Assembly: GCA_043228905.1 (NCBI GenBank)
Contig: JBHGNT010001428.1
Coordinates: forward strand, 1 to 8,604
Reading direction: 5' to 3'
DNA length: 8,604 nucleotides
From: Azolla caroliniana
Lineage: Eukaryota; Plantae; Polypodiophyta
Under the pieces are notes generated by a model, which saw only the letters and a program-made list of their open reading frames with translations, was not told the origin of the DNA and ran no database searches. Every line of letters starts with the position of its first letter. The stretch's first letter is position 1. Of the stretch, positions 1-6,158 are shown in pieces. The position numbers and the translations under genes were made by a program.

Positions 1-37
1 AAGCAGCACTTCCGCATTGACGGCCTTGTCCTCAACA
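1..37 (+). repeat. 3' end (U5) of the copia 5' LTR, truncated by the window edge
   Basis: Ends in CAACA, 2 nt before the PBS. The partner LTR is outside the window, so the call is positional. Confidence 0.75.
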
Positions 38-39
38 TT

Positions 40-51
40 TGGTATCAGAGC
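40..51 (+). promoter_or_regulatory. Copia primer-binding site, initiator tRNA-Met
   Basis: TGGTATCAGAGC is the canonical plant iMet PBS and lies directly after ...CA-TT. Confidence 0.93.
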
Positions 52-718
52 GTTGGAGGTTCTTCAACCTGTTGCCGGCCGTCATCGCACAACACAACAT
101 TCTGTTTTCGTTTTCTTTGAAGAACAGAGAAGGGAGAAGAAAAACAAAAAGCTCCCACCTCACTGTGTTAAATCACAAATTGGAGTAAGCCAGTCGGTTG
201 TACTCTGTTCTTGTGTTTGTAACCGCTTGAGGGGAGCTCCTTGAGCAACAACCGACCTAATTGTGCTTCATTCGATTAAACAACATCCGAATAGGTCACC
301 GGACGCTATTCACCCGCTTGTTGTAACCACCCGCTGTAGATTGGTCTCCTGGCAACAACCACTTCGTGCTTCACTCGGCTGATCGACATTCGGGAGGATC
401 AGTTGGATCCGTCCCTCTCATCGCTGCAATCATCCGAAGTACAATCGGCCCAAACAATCGGTTTCGTGTAATCAGTATTCGGCATACAATCAGAAGCTAA
501 CTGGGCTCACTCCGACTTGGCAACATTCGGGAAGACAAGCCGGTTCTGTCCCTCAAGTTACCGGAGTTACTCCGAGCAGGTTCAACAACAAGTATCCGAA
601 ACCAAACCGGCTCAGGTTCAAAACCGACTAGAACGATATCGGGTGAACCGACCGGCTGCACCCCACTAAGGTTCGTAGTCAACTCCAAACCGAGTCTTAC
701 CAACCGAAACCGAAGCAG

Positions 719-1236
719 ATGCAATCAACATCCGGCTCATCGGAGATGAGTCTAAGGAGGTTCAACGGTTCAAACTTCAACTTCTGGAAGGAACAAATGC
801 AGGACTATCTCATAGTCAAGGGTCAGATAGACCCGATTGAGAATGAAAATCCTCCAGAAGCATATAAGGCAAACGAGTGGCTAAAGCTAGACAGAATCGT
901 CCGCGCCACGATTTGGATGCACTTGTCGGAGTCAGTGTACTTCACAGTGCAATCATGCACGACAACGTTTGAACTTTGGAAAACACAGTCGGAAACTTAT
1001 GAAAAGAAGGTTGCCGCAACGAAGATGTATCTGATCCGGCGCCTCTACAACTTGCGGATGAAAGAATCCAATTCGGTTTAGGCACACCTCAACGAGTACG
1101 AAAGAATAAGCTCCCAAATCTCGTCTAAGGGGACGACAATTGAGGATGAACTCAGAGCAATGATAGTCATGAGTAGTCTCCCCTCTTCATGGGAAACTTT
1201 CGTTACAACCATGTGCAATGCTTCAACAGCTGGCGT
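719..1236 (+). pseudogene. gag: Copia gag, N-terminal part. In-frame TAG at 1079-1081; cut by the gypsy insertion after 1236
   Basis: ORF 719-1081 continues in frame past the stop as AHLNEYERISSQISSKGTTIEDELRAMIVMSSLPSSWETFVTTMCNASTAG, typical of copia gag (UBN2-like). The TAG is plausibly from CAG. Confidence 0.9.
1233..1236 (+). repeat. Left target-site duplication GCGT (4 bp)
   Basis: Matches ACGT at 7920-7923 in 3 of 4 bases. A 4-bp duplication restores the copia frame (GCT GGC GT|T AAA TAC = AGVKY); a 5-bp one does not. Confidence 0.8.
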
Positions 1237-1337
1237 TGTCGTAGTGTATTCCACACACTACGTGAAAACCATAAAATAATATATCCGATTTTAGATACAT
1301 ATAAATAAATAAATAATATATCAAAACATTTATCACG

Positions 1338-1409
1338 TGCATAGGGCAGGATTCGAACCCTGCACCTCCACATTGATAAACCCAAACTTTACCATTGTAA
1401 TAACTTATC
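1338..1409 (-). promoter_or_regulatory. tRNA-like Pol III type-2 promoter cassette (A box and B box), antisense within U3 of the 5' LTR
   Basis: Minus strand reads GATAAGT-TATTACAATGGTAAAG...AGGTGCAGGGTTCGAATCCTGCCCTATGCA. B box GGTTCGAATCC (plus 1349-1359) is perfect, the A box has one mismatch, and spacing follows tRNA numbering. TTTT follows (plus 1323-1326). The stems are too degenerate for a functional tRNA. Confidence 0.6.
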
Positions 1410-1658
1410 TTTAGTGTTATACATATAGATTTAATACGTATACGACCTTTATTTACACATACCTTTATTAAAAGGTAAAAATCATGTATTCTTTAGGGTG
1501 TGAATATTTTATTTACACGTGACATTAAAAGTGACTCATGCACATCTAGCGTGCATGAGCCCTATACTTAGGAAATGACAAAACATCACATGCACATTTA
1601 GTGTGCATGGACACTTTTGGTGAAAAAGCATGAAGCCATGCTTAGCCTCTTCCATCTT

Positions 1659-1665
1659 TATATAA
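1659..1665 (+). promoter_or_regulatory. Putative LTR TATA box (TATATAA); second copy at 7638-7644
   Basis: CTTTATATAAGG about 420 bp into the LTR, downstream of a motif cluster. The position is plausible for the U3/R border, but the start site is unmapped. Confidence 0.55.
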
Positions 1666-1944
1666 GGAGGAGAGAAATATGTATAAGGTTGTTGATTAAT
1701 ATACAAGGATTGATCAATCTAATATATTTGTGGGATTCACGAATTTTGCCATCTAAATTACTCTTATAATCTAAATATTGTTTTAAATACACTAAACTCG
1801 TGGGATTCACGAGATTGCTATCTTACTTCTCTTTCCACTATTCATAACTAGCCTTAAGTTGTATTCCTCTTCCTCCTAGTCAAAAACCTCGGTGGTTCCC
1901 ACCCGACTCACGCAACGATCCGGAGCCGAAAGGCACGACACAGT

Positions 1945-1962
1945 TGGTGAACCCGACGTGAA
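1945..1962 (+). promoter_or_regulatory. Gypsy primer-binding site, complementary to the 3' 18 nt of tRNA-Trp
   Basis: TGGTGAACCCGACGTGAA. Its reverse complement TTCACGTCGGGTTCACCA matches the plant cytosolic tRNA-Trp(CCA) 3' end as I recall it. Confidence 0.85.
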
Positions 1963-1980
1963 CAACCGGGTGGCAAGGAG

Positions 1981-4023
1981 ATGGAAAATCAACCGGAGGC
2001 TAGCAACATGATGATGATGTTCGAGCGCATGCTACAAGAACAACGCGCGATGTCGGAGATAGCGGCATCAGTGGAGCGGCTCGTGCAACGAAACGGGCAA
2101 TTCAACGGGAAAGACGTGTCGCGGTATCTTCGGGACTACAAGGCGGAGATGCTACGGTGCGGAATATCGGAAGGACTGCAAGTGACGTCCTTCAACCGGG
2201 TGGCGACCGATGGGCTTCAAGCAAGCATCCATGGGCTACGACAACAAAATCCGACATGGGAGGCGTTTGAAGAAGAGCTAAAGAGGACGTTCACCATCGA
2301 GGATTCCTCCAAGGCGACGCGAAGGGGATTCGAAGATTGGGTGGAGACGCCGGACAAGGGATTGAAGGTCGTTGATGTGTTTTCGGCATTCGAAAGCTGG
2401 TTCGGGAGGTTGTCCGCGAGAGATCAAGCTATCCTCGTATCGGACAAGGTGATCATGTTCTTGCGAGCCGTGGACGTCCGGGACCGGAAAGATCTCGGAG
2501 TGCTCTTGGAGGACACGACCATGGAGAGTGGCCTCACCGAAACATGGGAAAGTGTGCGGGATATCGTCGCGCGATATACGAAGAGGGGGCAATGGCTTGC
2601 CAACGAGGAAAAGAGGGTTTCGGAACTGATTCCGAAACCGAGAACCGGATTGGAAGACCATCAACCGAGGGCTCGGGAGACTACAACCGAGAAGGGGATT
2701 GATGCATCTATGGTGGAGCAACTATTGAAGGAGATGGAGAATCTGAAGATCGTGATGGTGAAGAAGTCGGATGACCGCCCCACAAGCTCCAAGTATACGG
2801 ACCGACGGTGCATATGGTGCGATAGCGCCGAACACGATCGGAGGGATTGCGACGAGCATAAGGAGGCGCTACGGCGGGATCTCATCTACTACGAGGGAAA
2901 CCAGATTCATTCGATGGACTCTCGGAAGCCACTCCGACCGAACTTCCGGAAAGGCGGCATGAAGAAGGTGCTCGAGGAGGAATTGGTAGCAAGAAGCAAC
3001 TATGCGACAACCGCGGGAATATGTGTCGGGGAGTTATCGAGAGCAAAGACGTCTTTTTGGCCGGAAGTTCTAGAAAACACTGAGAAAACCGACTCCAACG
3101 AGATACGAAGCACCGCAGAAGGCGTCCGGGAAGCTACGGGATGGGAGTGCCCTGTCGACAAGAATAGCGTATATGCCCTGTGTCAATTGCATAAGGTGTA
3201 TGTGGACGAGAAACGACGACGCACGGAGGATGCGGCCGGGCCATCGAAGATACCGGAAAGCTGGAACTCCGGAGGTAAGGGAAAAGAAAAGGCGACTCCG
3301 GCATTCAAGCTCGCCTCGGACATAGAACAACAAACAGACTTGAAAAGAGTGTTCGAGGAAAGAATCTTGGATAGCCGGGTAGATTTCTCGCTTCGGGAGC
3401 TACTCGGAATAGCAAAGAAGGAGTTCCACGATCTTCTCGTGGATCTCGTGAAGCAAAAAAGACAAAGTACGGAGGAAAATGCTCCAAGGGTGAATGCGAA
3501 CACCGTTTTAATGAACGACACCGAAGTGGAGGACGAAATTCCGAACTCCCACTATACAAGGCCACATTGGGCACGCGCGACTACGGAGACTCCGGTCCGA
3601 ATCGGCAACATCAAAGAACCCGTGCTAGCATTGATTGATCACAGATCGGAGATCAACTTGATGTCCAAGGAGTTCTACCGGAAGGGGAAGTGGCCTATTA
3701 ACACCAACCATGGATGGAAGATTCGGGTGGCCACCAAAGCAACGGAAGATCTATTTGCGGCTTGTCCGGATGTGACGGTGAAGATCGGGGATGTCGAGAT
3801 CGACCAAAATTTCTTCGTGCAAGATGAGGTTTCACATTCTGTCATCCTCGGCCAACCCTTTATCACGGCATCGCGGATGGAGACGAAGGTGCTCGATAGC
3901 GGTGCGGCTTTTGCGCGAATTCGGAGCCAAAACGGTGGGAAATCCGTCCAATTCCTAACGGTGCCGGCAAATCATGAAAGGAACAAGAGGGAACTCTTGT
4001 CCCAAGTGAGAATGGATTTTTAA
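1981..4023 (+). CDS. gag: Gypsy ORF1, Gag-protease polyprotein (680 aa)
   Basis: CCHC knuckle CIWCDSAEHDRRDC, a segment resembling DUF4100 (ILDSRVDFSLRELLGIA), and an aspartic protease fold (ALIDHRSEINLMS ... VILGQPF). The catalytic motif reads DHR at 3637-3645. Confidence 0.9.
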   Translation: MENQPEASNMMMMFERMLQEQRAMSEIAASVERLVQRNGQFNGKDVSRYLRDYKAEMLRCGISEGLQVTSFNRVATDGLQASIHGLRQQNPTWEAFEEELKRTFTIEDSSKATRRGFEDWVETPDKGLKVVDVFSAFESWFGRLSARDQAILVSDKVIMFLRAVDVRDRKDLGVLLEDTTMESGLTETWESVRDIVARYTKRGQWLANEEKRVSELIPKPRTGLEDHQPRARETTTEKGIDASMVEQLLKEMENLKIVMVKKSDDRPTSSKYTDRRCIWCDSAEHDRRDCDEHKEALRRDLIYYEGNQIHSMDSRKPLRPNFRKGGMKKVLEEELVARSNYATTAGICVGELSRAKTSFWPEVLENTEKTDSNEIRSTAEGVREATGWECPVDKNSVYALCQLHKVYVDEKRRRTEDAAGPSKIPESWNSGGKGKEKATPAFKLASDIEQQTDLKRVFEERILDSRVDFSLRELLGIAKKEFHDLLVDLVKQKRQSTEENAPRVNANTVLMNDTEVEDEIPNSHYTRPHWARATTETPVRIGNIKEPVLALIDHRSEINLMSKEFYRKGKWPINTNHGWKIRVATKATEDLFAACPDVTVKIGDVEIDQNFFVQDEVSHSVILGQPFITASRMETKVLDSGAAFARIRSQNGGKSVQFLTVPANHERNKRELLSQVRMDF

Positions 4024-4077
4024 AGCGGACTGTTGCGGAGTGGGGAAGTGATAATCCGAGAAGCCCTGATACCCCAC
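4014..4077 (+). promoter_or_regulatory. Putative -1 programmed ribosomal frameshift signal: G GAT TTT, 5-nt spacer, candidate H-type pseudoknot
   Basis: Heptamer 4014-4020 lies directly before the ORF1 TAA, and the -1 frame is open from 3978 to 6158. Stem 1 pairs 4026-4036 with 4048-4058; stem 2 pairs GTGGGG 4040-4045 with CCCCAC 4072-4077. Confidence 0.72.
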
Positions 4078-6158
4078 ACAGGAAGAAAACTCTCGGAGCA
4101 AAACATGTACGAATCGGTCCGGATGGGGCATCTACGTACAGGACCGTAACCGGAGGATTGAAGAAAGGATACCGACAAGTGGAGGATAAGTTGCGGTCGG
4201 CATCAATAATAAAAGAAGATGAAGAAATCATGGGGATAGTTGAAGAAGTGTTCTATGGGAGCACGCTACAACGACTTGAAGAGCTTGCGGAAGATAAAAG
4301 CCAAGGGAACCGGGTAGTCCCGGTGGAATCGGTCGAGATGTACGAGATCATTGCGAAAATGGAGCCGGATTCGCTCCGCAAAGAAGAAGCAATGGTAAGT
4401 ACGAAATACAAGACCGTGGAGAAGAAGGTGAGACCGGCCGCGGGACCACTACCCGCCGATAGCGAACAAAAGAGGAAAGAAGTCTCGGGAGATCTGACAC
4501 TTCGGAAGTCCGTGGATATCGGACATGCCTTCACGGATGAGACCCGGAAGAAACTTCGGATCGGTGGAGGTGGGTTCCTATTACAAAAAGAAGAAGAACG
4601 GTTTCGCGAGATGTTGGAGCAACACGGCAAAGTGTTTGCATTTACATCAAGGGAGATAGGGTGCGTCGATCCGAGAATAGTGGAGCCGATGGTGATCTTC
4701 ACGATTGACCATGTACCGTGGAACCTGAAGCCGATTCCGGTGCCACGAGCGCATATTCCGAAAGTCATTGACTTGCTCAAGGAGAAGGTGGCGATGGGGA
4801 TTCTAGAGCCATCAACTGCTCCGTACTCAAATCGATGGTTTACAGTTCCGAAGAAGAATGGGCCACTCCGATTTATCCAAGACTTGCAACCGGTGAATAA
4901 GGTCACGATCCGGAACTCGGGAGTCGGTCCGATAGTGGACGAATTTGCGGAAGCTTTTGCCGGTCATGCGATATACTCCATCGGAGACCTATACTCGGGG
5001 TATGACCAATTCCAACTAGCCGTGGAGAGCCGAGACATCACAACCATGCGAACACCGATAGGATTAGTCCGAATGTGCAAACTACCACAAGGAGCGACAA
5101 ACTCGGTTGCTCATATGATGAACGCGATGAACAAGGTGCTTCGAGACTGCATTCCGGAGATAACAATGCCGTTCCTCGATGACATTCCGATGAAAGGATG
5201 CGCGGTAGAAGAAAAAGATGAGACTATGGATGATCGGGGATGCCGAAAGTTTGTGGTCGACCATATTCATGATTGCAAGAAAGTGTTGCGAAAGCTAGAA
5301 GATGTGCACCTAACACTTTTCGGGGAGAAATCGGCATTCGGGCAAGAAGAAATATTGGTGGTCGGACATCTATGTGGGCCCTACGGCCGAAGACCGTCAC
5401 CAACAAAGATCGATGCGATTCAAGCTATGGAGGAAGTATGCGAGTCAACATCCAAAGTCCGAAGGTTTCTCGGTGCATGTGCATTCTATCACATATGGAT
5501 TCCGCACTATGCACATATAGCGGACCCGCTCTACCACTTGTTGCGGAAAGGTAAGAAATTCGAATGGAAACCGGAACACACCAAAGCCATGAAGAAATTG
5601 AAGAAGACAGTTCGGAGGGCGGAAGCACTTAAGAAGCTGAGCTACAACCGACCGATCATAGTAACGGTTGATACAAGTCCAACCGGTATCGGGTGGGTCA
5701 TCAATCAAGCCGACTCGGATGGTTCACGGTATCCGATCCGATTTGGAGCAAAGGTTCTCAACGAAAGGCAACGTGGATATGCACAAGTCAAAAGAGAACT
5801 GTGGGGAGTCATGTCGGCGATAAAATCGGATCGGGATTATTTGATCGGAGCCGAAGTGGTGATCGAGACGGATTGTCTTCCGATACTTGGGATGATGCGG
5901 TGTTGTACGATACCGGATGTAGCTATGATAAGGTGGGTTGCATATGTCAAGTCGCTTAATCCAGAGGTTCGACACATCTCGGGGAAGGACAACGCGGTAG
6001 CGGATATGTTATCAAGGGCTCGGTTCGGAGACGACATAACCAAATCGGATAATGAAGAAGTTGCGAGAAATGTCAAGTCTACTCCGGGGTTCGACATCGA
6101 GATGAGTTACATCCGACATTCTCACAGACAATCAACTTCAAGTGGATGGTCGACATAG
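4014..6158 (+). CDS. pol: Gypsy pol: reverse transcriptase and RNase H, probably entered by -1 frameshift. The tail after about 6060 is out-of-frame sequence caused by a deletion
   Basis: RT motifs LRFIQDLQPVN, GDLYSGYDQ, LPQGATNS and PFLDD. RNase H motifs VTVDTSPTGIGWV, YAQVKREL, IETDCLP and HISGKDNAVADMLSR. The ORF-track TTG start at 4158 is probably not the real start. Confidence 0.92.
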   Translation, partial: GFLKRTVAEWGSDNPRSPDTPHRKKTLGAKHVRIGPDGASTYRTVTGGLKKGYRQVEDKLRSASIIKEDEEIMGIVEEVFYGSTLQRLEELAEDKSQGNRVVPVESVEMYEIIAKMEPDSLRKEEAMVSTKYKTVEKKVRPAAGPLPADSEQKRKEVSGDLTLRKSVDIGHAFTDETRKKLRIGGGGFLLQKEEERFREMLEQHGKVFAFTSREIGCVDPRIVEPMVIFTIDHVPWNLKPIPVPRAHIPKVIDLLKEKVAMGILEPSTAPYSNRWFTVPKKNGPLRFIQDLQPVNKVTIRNSGVGPIVDEFAEAFAGHAIYSIGDLYSGYDQFQLAVESRDITTMRTPIGLVRMCKLPQGATNSVAHMMNAMNKVLRDCIPEITMPFLDDIPMKGCAVEEKDETMDDRGCRKFVVDHIHDCKKVLRKLEDVHLTLFGEKSAFGQEEILVVGHLCGPYGRRPSPTKIDAIQAMEEVCESTSKVRRFLGACAFYHIWIPHYAHIADPLYHLLRKGKKFEWKPEHTKAMKKLKKTVRRAEALKKLSYNRPIIVTVDTSPTGIGWVINQADSDGSRYPIRFGAKVLNERQRGYAQVKRELWGVMSAIKSDRDYLIGAEVVIETDCLPILGMMRCCTIPDVAMIRWVAYVKSLNPEVRHISGKDNAVADMLSRARFGDDITKSDNEEVARNVKSTPGFDIEMSYIRHSHRQSTSSGWST

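Larger units (their letters stand above)
1237..1940 (+). repeat. Gypsy 5' LTR (704 bp)
   Basis: Direct repeat of 7212-7919. Starts TGTCGT, ends ACGACA (6-bp terminal inverted repeat), AT-rich, followed by the PBS. Confidence 0.97.

Noticed and set aside
17-724. Short ORFs 17-244 (+) and 497-724 (-)
   Set aside because: They span the LTR end, PBS and leader, and have no recognisable domain.
1203-1385. Similar minus-strand ORFs at 1203-1385 and 7097-7405
   Set aside because: The similarity only reflects the LTR duplication. Each runs out of the LTR into unrelated sequence, and the hydrophobic stretch comes from the TAAA repeat.
1338-1409. Functional tRNA gene
   Set aside because: Acceptor and anticodon stems do not pair properly. 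Kept only as a tRNA-like promoter cassette.
4253-4906. 217-aa antisense ORF, and other minus-strand ORFs over gag and pol (2278-2721, 3183-3521, 3863-4231, 6576-6953)
   Set aside because: No recognisable motifs. They overlap conserved sense-strand coding sequence and are best explained as shadow ORFs.
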